DNA of 62,363 bases, counting the filler, from Bipalium vagum (taxonomy: Eukaryota): the NCBI GenBank assembly GCA_037834085.1. It is 3 parts of 3 records of this genome, joined end to end, with 100 filler letters (N's around TTAATTAATTAA, not from the genome) between each part and the next. Parts side by side here need not be neighbours in the genome. Positions count along the whole stretch, not along the records: positions 23,676 to 45,645 come from JBBMKC010228534.1; 2 more parts are not named here. The stretch is one strand, 5' to 3'. The position numbers and the translations under genes are program-made. Below the pieces are notes generated by a model that saw nothing but the letters and a program-made list of their open reading frames with translations, searched no databases and was not told the DNA's origin. Of this stretch, positions 26,077 through 41,000 are shown piece after piece. Position 1 is the first letter of the stretch; each line of letters opens with the position of its first letter.

Positions 26077-29000
26077 TCAGTAAATTTCTACTTTGCCAAG
26101 GAATCCAGATTTTAGAAACCTTCGAAATAAATTATAGAAATCATTCCAAGCACGGTCTGGAAGTCCCATCATCAGCCAATCTATTCTTCTATTCTTTCTC
26201 ACAGCTTCCATTACGTTGTAAAAGGTTTTATATTGAGTACTTGTAAGTTTAGCAGCCTTTTTATAGTCCTCAATAGTCAGGGACTCTAATAAATAAAGAA
26301 TAAATTAGATAAGAAATATTTCTAATAAAAATTTTTAAAAATAAGATTTGCTTTGAATTATTTCATACAATTTTCTATTCACACAAAACTCTAAAATTTG
26401 AGGTTCTGAATTTAAATAAAATAACCTTAAGAACAATGACAAAATATGTGATATTTTCAGAAAGTATTAAGGTAATTTGCATTTGAAAGAGGTAGACATA
26501 GCAGATCTATCAGATGTTCCCTGTTCCATAAAATTTGATAAAACATTAATATTTTTTATAAAATATTAAATTAAATTTTTAGAATGTTATAATACACAGT
26601 GTGACTTTTAAGTAGCTTTACAATTTTATGTACGAATAGCAAAAAAAGGGATTGATGTATTTAAAAACTTTTCATTCAAATAATTTTACATATTAAATTT
26701 TGTAGTTGAATTCGGATATTTACATCTTCTTACATATGGTCTAAATTATGATAAATATTATGTACATTATATTTATTCAACTCTGTCTCATGAAGCTATG
26801 TTGATTTTTCGATTTCCTTACAATCCATTTTTATGATTTAAAATTTTCCTTTTATAAAATATTTGGAATTTCTTTCAAATAATCTGTTTGTAAAAATTTT
26901 TGAAAAATCATAATTTCATTTTTTTTCGGATTAAATGTAAATATAAAGCCGTGATAATAATAATGTTTTGACACATTTCTCTTCATAATTAAAAGTGAAC
27001 AATGATTTTGATAATATACTTGATTTTCTAAAAATAGTATATCTTTAAAAATAATAAAGCAGTTCCATCATATATTTTTATTTCAAATGGACCATAAACT
27101 GATTTCGTATTTACATTTGAAACATCAATATTCTGTCTACTTCTCATATAATATTTCTCCTTTCTTATTTTCATTATTCAACATTAAAAAATTAGCTTTT
27201 TATTTCCTACATTTTCTATTATTTTTACTTTTATTGATCTTAATTTCAAAATTGTATGTAAAAACAAATAAGTAACCAATTATTCTCTACTGTCCTATTG
27301 TAGCTTTTCTTCTTCAATTTCATAAAACTAATAATGCATCTAATATATCTCAACCATTTGTTATTTGTACTAAAGTAAAAGTAAAATTCTATTTTATTTA
27401 CTCCTTTGTCGTTGTTGGTTTTAAAGAAATTTCTAAATAATTACTTATTTATTTGTTAAATCTTGCTGGGACGTATTTTTATTTAAATTTCATTGCGCTA
27501 TTTTTATACTTAGATGAAATGTTTGAATTTTTGTAGTAAATAATGTGATTTTAAATTAAATTAAAGAGTAAATTTTAATAATTTTTCTTCTTTTCAATAT
27601 ATAATAAAAAATATTTACATTATTCTTTCACATGTAAATTAAATAAAAATCAATAAGTTTTTAATATTTCCTGAAAGTAAATAAAGAAACGACTGAGATA
27701 ATTATATAAAGGAACATTTATTATTATTTTCTCTTGTAAAATACATTTCACAATATGTTGGAACAAATTTTAAAAATTGCAAACCAATTGCAATCTATTT
27801 TAATAAATAAATATGAGATTCATTTAAAACAAATGATAAACAAGAATAAATTGTTGAAAAAATTATATATTTAAAAAAATTTAATAAAATAATAAAAGAC
27901 TGAAAACCATAAGGTTGAAATTAAAAATAAAATAAAATCGATAGTATTTATTATTTAATTATAATAATAAAATGATATAGTGCTTTTAGAAATATCAACT
28001 AATATTTTTTTATAATAATTAAAAAAACCATAATAAATCACAACGAATAAAGATAATTGCCTTTTGATACAAAAGATCAAAGCTACAAATAGTTTTTCCA
28101 TTTACTGAGAATGATTAAAAAACTTTTACTTACCTACAAGCTTATCAGCCAAAACTTTTGGACTTTCATTTCCAAACAGTTTTGGAATTAAAGAACCCTG
28201 CCATTTCAAGAGAAATTGCTCCAATAAACTTACCGGGGGTCTATTTTCTGAAAATTTAACTAATATTATATATATAAATAATATGAATATATTAAAAATT
28301 TTTAAAATTAAATTATTATCAACAGCAGGCTTCTCACAATTAAAATATTTTTCATATTTATTTTAAATAATTTTTTTTTAAAAATATTTTTAATATTTTC
28401 CAAAAGTAAACTTTATTTATGATGCGATAATTAATTGTTCAAATTATTAAATTTGGATTGCTGGTTTATATATCATAAACCTATAATAATAGAAATTATT
28501 ATTTAATGTTGAAACATCCTTTTGAAAATTATTCTATAAATAATATTCGAAAAAAAAATAATATACGTGAGAGGTTTTTTGGTTGTTTTCCATATTATTA
28601 TAAATAAATTCTCACATTAATTTCACTTTCCACAAATATTTATGACAGTATTCTGAAATATTTATTGTAGACTTGTCTAAATGAATATGTAACTTAAGCT
28701 CGAATTTATTGTGGTTTGAGCCAACCAAAAATTAAGAAAAAATAATGGAATTAATTGCTTCTAATGGAAAATTTCTGATAGCAATTTATGTAAGGAAAAA
28801 ACATTTTTATTGAAAAAAAAATACACGAAAATATTAGAACTAATAATTCTGTAATGAATTCGTAATATTCTATTTATTTTATGATAATGATAATAATAAG
28901 TAAATTAATAAAAAAAGAATTTTACGTAAATTCACCTGGATAAATCAATATATTTTAAAAAACACATAATTGAAATCAATTTTTTCAAAAATATAAAATA

Positions 29001-32000
29001 TAAAAAGAATTTTATGAAAAAAGAATATTTAATGAAATTAAAATTTATTAATTGAAAATAAATAAGAAAAAGTAACAATCAATGAAACTTTTCAAATTTA
29101 ACATCCGTGTACGTAGTGGTCTCTTTTAAGTTAAAAGTTTCGCTTAATGAACTAAATAAGATTTTACAGTTTACATCTAAAACTGCAAAGACAAAACTTT
29201 TAAAATAAACCCTTCGTTAAGGCATTCAGTTTTCACTAAAATGGTATTGTAGATGGACGCATTATCAATCACAATTACTATGTTTCGTCCTTGTTGAACA
29301 ATCAACAGTTTTTCCAAAATAAAATCTGTGACAGTTTGAATTGTAAGCCCCGATTTTTAAGTCATAGACTATTTTATTATGGCATGAAATAGCACACAGA
29401 AGTGAAAAATTTCTGCCTTTTGAGTTAGGAATTTTTATCTTTTAGAAATGTATCGGTGAATATCCTCATTATTGAACCCAGCTTAGTCAATAAAAATTGG
29501 GTTAGAATCACTGATACTACAGATTGAATTACACTATACAACCCTTACATCTTTGTTTTGATTAGAGTTTCTATTTATTGGGATTTTGTTATCATTTTTC
29601 TTTAATAACCCACGTTCTTAATATTTCTTGAAATTGTTGACTGTTATGTTTGGAAGTTCTTGGATATGTCTTGTAATGCCGTGTTGGGACAAGTATTAAT
29701 AATGAGAGAACTTTTTCTTTAAGTAATCTCTGTCCTTCTTTGTTTCTTTTTTATCTGCAAAATCTTTAACGAGGATAAGTCATTTAAATGTCCATTTTCA
29801 TATTTGATACGAAGACGTTGATAAATGCTATTGGAGATACATAACAGTTGTATTACCTCATTTTTATTTTTTCGGTCTCCAATAAAGATTTAAAAACGGT
29901 TAACTTTTCTTTGGTAACTAATTTTCTTGTTTTTTGAATCTCAGAATTATTGGTTGTTATTTATACCTATTAATTAAACATATTATAAAAATGAAATTAT
30001 TTCAAGAAATATGCAAAAAGTGTTCAATAAAAATGAAAAGGGCTGTAATACTTCGGATATTGAAAGACTAAATTAGGAAAATTGAGAAAATATTCTAATA
30101 TGTATAAAATTTTAATATTTTAAAAGAAATTTGGACTTATTTTACATATGATTAGATATAAAATTTATTATAAATGTAATACTAAAAAAATGTGGAGGGC
30201 CTATGTTGCAAATTTTATTTAATATTTATTATCTGAATTAATAAATAATATATTTATTATTTTTAATTGTATCAATCAAAATGTGTACTTTAAGTCCATA
30301 AATATTATTATGCCTGTAACGTCCTCAATGAATTGAATCTTTTATAATTGTCTTGTTAATCTTTCCAATCTAGATTCGTGCTAAAATGTTTTCAGAATTC
30401 TCTAAAGTCTTAGATGACAGTAAATAGGGTTGGAATAATTTGTTTTTGTCATACAGATTTGATATCAGCTTCTGATAAATTAAAGATAATTCAATTATTA
30501 GCTATTTACATTAGTAGTAAGTCATGAAATCATTTATACAATTAAAATCTTATGTTGATATGCTTTGGTTTCAAATTCATTTTGGTACTCTTCATTTGAA
30601 ACACAAATATGAAAAAAAATTAAAATGATACAAACAATTAATTTTTAAAATTTCGCTTTTTAAATTAAAATGGATTTAAACAAGTCTGATTTTATAAAAT
30701 TAGGTAATTATTAATTTTTTATTTATTATTTTTATTATCATTATTTATCAATACTATTACTGTTTTATAAAAATTTAATACAAAATCAATTTTCACATTT
30801 TTAATTCTATTTTTTAATTTTAAAAATTTCAAAGCTTTAATAAATAATATTAAAATAATAATAAAAAAATATTAAAAATGTAACTTACGTGATAATATAT
30901 ATAAAGTTTAGGAAATAAAATCATTTGAAAACAATTTTTATCAAATTTTCAGGCGCTTTTAAAATTAATATTTTCACATTTTTAGACCTATATATGCTAT
31001 ATAAGTAAATTATTGAATAAAACGTGAAAAATTTTTCAAATTTTTTAATCCTATTATGAATTTTATATTTAAATTAAATTTATTTAATATTAAAAAACCT
31101 TATCGTAATACCATGGGATTTCGTAATTTGAAAATAGTAATTTAAAAGCGATGTATATTAAAATAAAGATATCTTAATAAAATAATAAAAATCATAAAAA
31201 AATGATAAATTAATAAAAATAGGCTAATTTTAAAATCTTAAGTTAAATAATAGAAAGTATAATAAGTGGGTTGTTTAATGTTCATAGTAGTAAGGAAAAA
31301 AGGTAAGCTTAAATTTATTGTTTTTCAAAATATTCTCCTTTAAGATGGATACATTTTTGCATTCGTGTCATTCAGTAAGCACACCATTTTTTCTAAAGCA
31401 AATCTTTATTCAGCACTCCGTTAAAAGTTGCATTTAAATATTCTTATTATTTTTCACTACAAGTCACTAATAAGCCTTTAATAAACCTAATTGATTTTTG
31501 GATATTGTTGTTTTGACAAAAGACACATGCATTCAAACAATAAAGACCGCTAAAGTGATATAATAATAATAAATTCTAAAATAATAATTAAATTATAATA
31601 ATATAATTATTAAAAGTGCAGAGATTATTAATACTAATAATAAAATTTTATTTTTTATCGTCTAATATGGACAATGGCGAATTACCAAGATTAGATCTGT
31701 TCGCAATTAGGTACTGATTTAGCATCATACGCCTAAACGGGAATTGGACTTCCCATATAAGAATATAGGTCTGCAACTTAGTAGTCGTCTAATCGGTATA
31801 AAAGGCATTGAAGTCTTCAATGAACTACCCACAAATTCAGTAGAGTTTTTTAAATTATTATTTTGGAAAGTCAGAAAAAACAAATTCTTGTTGACTATTT
31901 TTGTTCATTATTATGTGACAGAAGTCACCAAAAGGTCCTGTGTGGTTAGGGAGTTTGTAAGCGAACCAGTTCGGGTCCATCTAACGACCTGAGGATTCAT

Positions 32001-35000
32001 AGTCAGCAAAAAGGTGAGAGTTTACTTCATTATTATTCTTTTATTTTTCTTTAATAATTAACAATTACCATTTTGACAAACTATAATTGATAATCGATTT
32101 TTACAGTAAATATTGATTATTGACTTATTGATTGTTTTATATGTGATTTGGTTTTCATATTTATTGATAAATTGTTTCAATTTTTGATGACATTTGCGTG
32201 TTGAAATAGATTTTTTTGTTGTGCTTGGATATTATTGGACGTTGATTTGGATTGTGTTACTTTGTACTGATAAAATGAAGTTCTATCGTCACTTTTTATG
32301 TAAATTATTTTCAAATATGTTATTAACATAAGTGAAACGGCCAGAAATATCAGCAGCTAAGTGTCATGAAGTTTTCATATTAGTATAAAGCGTAAAATAT
32401 TTCAACAATTTTTAAATTAGCTTTTATACACGACCGATCAAAAGCATTAGGTAAGTACTCGTATTTTTATATATATCAAAAATAGAACACTTTGTTTATG
32501 AAAAATGTTTTACAGTTAATTTATCTATAAAATTTAACAATCATTTTCATATTTATTAGAACTAAGAAGAAATATTTATTTAGTAATGAATCATTACATT
32601 ACTAATGATTAAATTTTGGTTATCAAGTTTTTAAGAATGTAATGTAGTGTTGATAATTCATTGACTCCTTTTTATTCAGCACCTCTGTAAAATAATAAAT
32701 TTACAAATTAGTTGATAATATAAGATGAAGTCTTTTATAACTCATTGTTCTACGAACAATAACTGGTGGTTCTCTGCTTAATATCTTTTGAGGGGTAGTG
32801 TATTTAAAAATATTTTAAGCATTACACTACTTTTTTATTATTAGTACATTTTATTATTAGGTAAATGGTTCAGTAATTATTTAAATTTGTATTTTCAGAA
32901 ATTAATTAACTCAACAATGAAAAACATCAGAATATAAGCTTATGATTATTAAGGTTACTGAAAACAGATTGGAATGGAAAAACAGCAACATGTGATGGGA
33001 TCAATGAATCAAAGGTCAAACGTTTTAAAAAGGCAGAGAAATCTATGAGATAAAATTAAATGTAAATGTGATTATTTTCTCATGAAAAATCGAAATCTTG
33101 TTATTCGACTGCTAATTGCTTAAAAAAATAAATAAAAATGATTTTTAAAATAAAAATTTAAATGTTAAAATTAAATATAAAAATAAAATCAATTAATTTT
33201 TTAAAGTTGATAAAATTAAGTTTAATATTTTTGATAATTAATTTATCAACATATATAAAATATAATAATATAAAATTTAGATTAAATTAATAATTTTTAT
33301 TAAAAAAAACATTACATCTCGCAAAGCTGATAACTTAATTATTTATGAAAAATACTGTAATTAGGAACTTTGATCAATTCTATCTCAAAAAATATCTAAT
33401 GAAAATTGTTCAAATATAACATTCAGTCCTATATTTATTCTTGTAAAATATTTTCGAAAATTCATTGATAATAAGAGTACAGGTCTTCCTAAATATTTTT
33501 CTTGAAGTGCACTCCAAAAGTTTTTTCTGTCTAATAAATCTTTTGAAGAGAAGTAAATTGTGGTTCTAAAATCAGATGGAATCATTAAAATATATTATCA
33601 TATTGATATTCTTTTAAGATAATTTTGTCATTTCATTTATTTAATTTTCTCTATCACAATTTTTTAAATTAAACTTACAATTTTAATAGTGTTTATTTAG
33701 AAAAATAATATTAATTTCATATCATTAATATATTTATTTTATTAATATAATTCACTATATATACTGTGTGCTAAAATTACTCATCCCCCCACTTATAAAA
33801 ATGATAAAAAAACAATAATTTGAAATTTACAATTCCTATTAAGATAGTAGTATTAAAAACAAACATACAAATGTCAACAAAATAATTATTGTTTTGTGAA
33901 CTTCTAAGAGAGACTTTGTAAATCTAAGTTCTGTTGTTCTTGAAGCATGTAAGACTTGAATAAAGATTGTCTAATAGAATAGCAAATTTTTTTGTCCATT
34001 TTATATTATTTTGTTCTTGATTTTTTTACCCTAGGTAGCTCGAAATCTATGTATGATCTTTGTCCTATGAATAAATATAATTCACATTTTTTTGTACAAT
34101 ATTTTAATAAAAAAAACCCCGTTGGTAAAAGTTGATCGATAGAGATGTAAGTACTGCGAACTCTTATAAGAGAATTGATAGCTATATATACTCATTTTCA
34201 ATAAAAATCCATCAATAAAAACTGAAAAAATAAAACTATCAGATATATTTGTTCATTGCATAAAATACATTTATATAGAAAACATGTAGATGTCAGTAGC
34301 TTTTTAATATCTCCGCGTCTTGGGTTATTCTTAGCATACTATTATTTAGAAGAATGTACTTCCTCTTGAGTTATATTATGCCACATCTGTTGAAGAATAT
34401 TTTTTACTCCATCCAATATTTTAGTAGTACCAAGAACAGACCGTAACTGACGACATATGGTATCCTACACATGTTCCATAGAAGATAAATTTTGTGAATA
34501 TGTTGATCAAGTTATAATTTTCACACGAGTTTTGCAAAAATATTGCTGTTATTCGGCAATATAACTACTGTTTGGAAGTATTGCATTATTGAAGTAATGC
34601 GAGTCTCAGAATTTCATCGAGATATCGAAGAGAATTCAAATTACCTCATATACCTTATTTAAAAGAAAATTACCTAATCTAAGAGGTGACCGGAATCTAA
34701 ATCATATGATATCCCATACCATAACTCCAAATATTGTCAATAAGAAATTTTTTATTATTAAACGATTAATAAATGGTTATCTTGAGGCTTTTATTATCTT
34801 GATTATCTCAATACAAGCTCAATTATTTTAAAAGAAAGTTTGGTTAATTTAAATTTTATTTAGGCTTTTATCCTATTGTCTTAAATTATTCTTTAATTAG
34901 GTCATGAAATTTATATAAAATTTTCTAATTTTCTAATTATGAAACTTAATAATTAATTAACTAATAACAAAACTATTTAATATTTCATAATGATAATCTA

Positions 35001-38000
35001 CGTACAGATGACATATAATAGTTCCGAAATATTATATATGATCAATAATTTCTTGCTAAAATGTTATATAATTTTAATATAATGCGAAATAGTTCAGTCT
35101 TTGGTCTGTTAAAAAGTAATAAATTTTAATACTATGAGAGATGAGTTAATTTGGCTGGCTTATTAGAAATACATTTTCGAAGTTGTCAGAACTAATTTAT
35201 TAATTGTGTTACATAAAAAGGTTTCCAAAGTCAACTTTTTAATTTAATTTGATTAAAAAGGATATCACTTTTCCAAAATTAAAATATTTTTTAAAAAAGT
35301 TTGATCTTTTGAAATAGGAGCAGTATTTTAAAAAATTTTATGAAATAATTTATAACTACAAAGAAATAAAAATATTGTTTGACTAATTTATTAAATTAGT
35401 CAATATTTACCTTTCGATAAAGAAATATTTGGAAGTCTTTCTATAAAGAAATATTTTATTTTATATTTCTGAATATTTATTTTTAGCTGATATGACTACG
35501 TAAATAAGAAATTTGGGATTATTATTGTCCAAATATAAATTGAATGTGGTGCATCAGGAATGGGCAAAGTGAAGGGAATGTTATACGAAAAGTATTTAGA
35601 AGTAATAATATAAATACATTAGAAGAGAAAGTAGACCTCGATAGACTGGTTGAATACAAAGAAGAATAAAACCAGTACCCAAAAGACAGGGCTCCGCTAG
35701 TTGGGGAGTTAGAGGGAGCCTTATATTAAACGTTGGCAGCTATGATTCCCAAAGGTGCGCCTGGTGTAAAGATGAAGAGTGTGCAAAAGTGTGGAAATTC
35801 GTGAAGGAAGACTTGAATGGTGTGGAGGATGCTGAAGAGGTTGTATCTGTGATCGAAGGAAGAGATTTCTTTATAACGGCAGATCAAGTATAACGGTGAT
35901 AATTCAATAACAAAGACTCGAATGCTTATTAGATACGGAAGCTGGTGTCAGTGTGATAAGTAGGAAATTTTTGAATAAGCTTAAAGACATGGAAGTAGTA
36001 AGAAAGAATGACAGATTAAGGTATGCGAGCAAAAGCCAATTAAAAATATTGGGGGAAATGCCCAATTCTGGTGAGAGTAGCAAGTGAGTCAAAACTGGTG
36101 AACCTAACAGTAGTAGTGAAAGTCACACCGGATTTAATCCGGGGAATAAATCTCCAGAAGGTATTCGGATTTTGATTGGTTAAAGAAAATTCCTGGCAGA
36201 TGAAAACTGATGGAAATGAAAGAGAAGATTCATATATGTGTAATATTGAAAGGAAGTTTGGTAATGAAGTCAAGGAAGTGGAAATGTTTAAGATAGTTGT
36301 GGAGCTAACAGGAGTGACAAGCAACAGGCGGATTTTCCAAACATATTTCACCGCTTTAATTGTGCTGGTCGATTTCAGAAACCTGTGATGAATGGGACAG
36401 TAGACATTCTTATGGTGCAATATCTCTTTTACTAATAAGCAGGACCAAAGACTCTTAATAATGGAAATTTATTTACATTTCACAAAATTGGTACGAGATA
36501 AGTTTAAGAGAAATCGTCTCACATTTCGCAAAAAATTATTTTATAATTTTCGTGGTGTGAAGAAGGCTTGAAGCATCGTTCAATTAAATACTTCAATAAG
36601 AAAAGATTTTTTTCTTTATAATAATTTAAAATTAAAGTTTATCTAACGTCCTGCAATTACATACACTTATTTACATAATATTTTTATTTTTAAAATTTTT
36701 GTAAAATTTGAGTTTTATTTTCACTTATTTATTATTTATTTTTTTATTTCAATTTTATTTTATTTTCATTTTAAAATTATTTCTACTTTAAGAAATTTGA
36801 TTTTCTGAAATGCAATATTTATTGTCTGATTTGTTGCTTGATTAATTTATGAAAAAATATTAATTATAAATAAATATTAATTATTTTCAAAAGGTATAGA
36901 AAAATCTGAAGAATTTACTAATTGTAAATTTTTATCAAGATAATATTAAGATTTTTATATAATTATAATAAAATTTAATAAATATTATATTATTTTTATG
37001 AATTTGATAAATTTATATGACACTTCATTTGTAAACAATATCAGAGAAATTGACACAATATCCCATAGTATGCTTTCATTTTGTGTTGGAAAAATATTTA
37101 CTAAGCAAATAATTTTCTTAAACCAGTTTGGATAGTTAGCAATTGACAAATAACTCTAAGAATTACTAAATGCCCATACAGTGTAAAATATACTACTTAA
37201 TTAAAATATTAAACGGTAAATAAATGTAGAAAAATTAAAAATTGGCAATTCGTACAGATTTCTTTTAATCATGGAATAATTTGAATAGATATGAAAGTAT
37301 ATATACTATTTATTTATTTATTAATAAAAAAACAACAATATATATTATAATTTTCATATATTAACCCACTCAATATAAAATTTATTAAGTCTGCAAGTTA
37401 TTTTTTGCGCCATTTATATTTATTATATCCTATTAATAATATTAAGTTCAACCCGAAAGCTGTTTTTTTTTCATTACATACCCTATAATATTGATAATCT
37501 GTGTAATTGATTAAAACAAATAATCTTATTTTAGTATTCAATCAAAAATATTCCTGAAAATTTTATGTTGTTATGTTTTTAAACGTCAGAAGCGTCAATC
37601 ATACTGTAGTCTGAAAGGTTCTATGAAACTGAAGATAAATTGTTAAAATAGCTTCCCATCAATCAATAAATTTCATATTTGGTAAAAATAACTCATGGAT
37701 CTTGTTAAATTTATTCATCTCTTAACAAAGATTGGTTTTAATAATTGTTTAACCAAACTTAACTTACACAGTAAGACATTTTAAAGAAATATTCAATTTA
37801 CTTTTAATTAATCTTATATTAGAAACAATTTCTCTTTTATTAAAATCAATCCGACAATGACGCAAAAGATATTTGCTTTTAGTTTTTTAGTAACTTGAAG
37901 ATCAATATATTGAACTTCGTTTCTCTTATCATTTAGTATATATATTCTGAGCTTGTTTAATTTTAATTTCGCCCCATATTACCTGTGATATGCACACCTT

Positions 38001-41000
38001 TTTTAACCCAATTGTTGTGAATGAATTCAGCATTTAAAAATAGTACACACCAACATCAGATAAACAGATATGTTAAATGTTTGGAACTTTTTCAAGGATG
38101 ATCAACTTGATATTTATATAGATAAAAATTCTTAAATGGATACAGGGGATATTGGACGTACGTGCTTACTTATATATTCATGTAATCTGTCGATAATTTT
38201 ACATAAATGATGAGGAAATGCAGGAACCGTCAAATACAATTAGTACCGGTAATTTGAAGAAAGAATTTGAAGGATGAAAATTTTTTTTAATTCAATATAA
38301 TTTTCTTAAATTCAAAATTTAATTCAAAGCAAATAATAGTTTAATATTGGATCAGCTAATAATATATGATATCAATAATACGTTACTTTTGACAAATAAT
38401 AAACATTGATTTTCACTTTAATTTTCTAAACATTATTATTTAAATATAAATGTGAAAAAAATAGTTTCCTTTGTAATTCTTTTGGTGTTTTTTCTTACTA
38501 ACTATGAAAAAACTTTCATGGATTTTAAATAATTTTTAATAAAATCACATGAAATTTTGATAACTTCAATATAACGTACTAGCAATACAAAGAGCAGGAT
38601 CTTCGTCATATTTATCTGGACAATCATATTCTTCATCGCATATAAAATCAAAGCTTAAGCAAAGACCAGATTTGCAAGGCCATGGCCTACTTTCGGGGCA
38701 TACATTTCCAGGATTTCTTTTTATTCCTAAAATATTTGTTCATAAAATAAATAAATAAATTTATGAAAAGAAAATATGAATAATTTTTGCAAATTAATGA
38801 CACAGATATTGCAAAATTCGATCTTTTGGTATCTGAAATGCCAAGTCCAGAATTTAAAATTTCCTCGAAAATTTGCATAACCACGTGCAAAATTATGTTA
38901 ATGTTAAAGACGATTATTTTGAAAAAAAATATTTTTTGGTATTTTATTGATGTATAAAAATAAATTTTCTTATTGTAAATAAAGGATGACTTTTAATGAT
39001 TGCATGAAACTTTCTTAGGCATAGTTCAGTTAATTCCAATCTAAAAAACTCAAAATTTGGCAGAACTATATTTTATTATATAACAATCAATTTATTCACA
39101 AAAGATTTTCGAAGAAACATCCTTTGGCTTTCAAACAGGCTTTCAAACGTTTGGGAAAGTTATCCACAATTGCCGCTAATTCTGCAGTAGGAAATGAGTC
39201 TCAAGCTTTTTGAATATCGGTTTGTAATGTCTCCAAGTTGTTGTAGGAGTTCTTAAGTTTCTGTTCCATGATTCCCCAAATAGAGTAATTCATAGGATTT
39301 AAATCAGGCGAATTAGAAAGTCACGTATTTTTGTCCCAAAATGATGGAAAAAGTTCCTGGCACAACGCAATAGTGCTTGCAGCAGTCCTGTTGTAATGAT
39401 CAGTTGTCTTCACCAAAATATGTTTTAGCCCAAGGGTATAATACAGCTTTCAAAATGTCTTCTTAGTATCTTCTTGCATTCATTTTTACACCTCTTTCTA
39501 CAAAGACCAAAGGAGTTTTGCCAGAACCCGTTATACCATCCCAAACCAATACAGATTTTGGAAAACGACTTCGCATTACAATTGCGCGGTCTTTGGTACC
39601 TTTTTTCAGCAATTGTCTGTTATTCTGTGTGTTGCGACTGCCTTCTACCGTAAATATCTTTTCATCTGTAAACAATGTCAATTTATGGGGGCCCTGTGAA
39701 GTCAACTGCAACATTATCTTACATTTTTCCAATCGATTTTTCATCATCTTCGGATTTAGTGTTTGAGCTTTGCAGAATTTGTAAGAATAAAGCCCTAGAT
39801 CACTTTTCACAATTTTGTCAACAGAAGTTCTTCTGATATTCATTGATTTTGCTAAAGTTCGCTTTGAAATTGTTACATTGCGCTTAATGCGTTTTCTGAT
39901 GCGTTCCCGTATGTTTCTTGTAGTAGTAGTGACTTTTCTACCTCTTCCAGAACAGTCTGAATCAGATCCAAGCTCTACAAACCTCTTTATTGCCCGCGAG
40001 ACTGTTGATTGTGGAACTTTCAGCAGTTTTACTATAGCCGACTGTTACATTCTTTGTTTGTATAAATTCCAATATAGCAGTCCGAAGATGATTAAGTTTC
40101 ATTTTATTAAATATTATTAACAAAATAAGCAATCTATATTTATAAACGATTATCAATACAATAAGAATTAAAATTACATTAATACAACTTTCATATCATT
40201 AATCATCAGGTGAGCAAATTAAAATTACATTAATACAACTTTCATATCATTAATCATCAGGTGATGGGACTTGTTCAAAATAATATGCAATAATTAAAAG
40301 CCACCGTGTACTTAAATTTCCCCTTTGACAGGTAATTATTTTTGTCAGTTTTAATGAATTCTTATTTAATTATATTAACAAATTTTCAATGCCAACGTTA
40401 CATGTTTGGCTAATAAAATGCTGCGATTTTTCTTTTCTTTTCAATTAACAATTTATTATTAAATATTTACAAATAAATAAAAAACGTGTAACATAATTAG
40501 AGCATATTTAATTGTTAATTTCAAAATAAATTTTTTTTAGATTGATGGATGTTTAATTAACGTTTTTCAAATGAAAAGGACAATTTAAAAATTTTAAGCT
40601 TAAGACATCTTTCATTAAAAAACTTTCCATTAAATTTCATAAACTGTCGCCAACAAGAAGGTAACTTATAAATTCCAGTGTGATAAAAGTCTTATTTTCA
40701 AGAGATGAAGAATTTCTCAAAGACATCTTTCATAATGTCGTACTTGCTGAAGATACCTTCTTTGACGTTGCAAATAAAAACTAAATTAATTTTATAAAAT
40801 ATTAAAAATTAAAAATAAAGTTATTTAAAATAATTTATTTTTTAAATAAATATTAAAAATTAAAAATATTTTTATTTACAATTGAATAAATATATTTAAT
40901 TAAATATTTTAATAATTTCTAGTAAAAATCGACTCAAAACTGTTATTTTAAGTAAATTTTACTAACAAATTAAAGTCTAAGGTATTTAAAAACTAAAAGC

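Noticed and set aside
33385-33585. ORF as an extra prohormone-4 exon
   Set aside because: No phase-1/phase-1 splice pair, and the flanking exons already join into the conserved LC-x-A-x-x-RPPV
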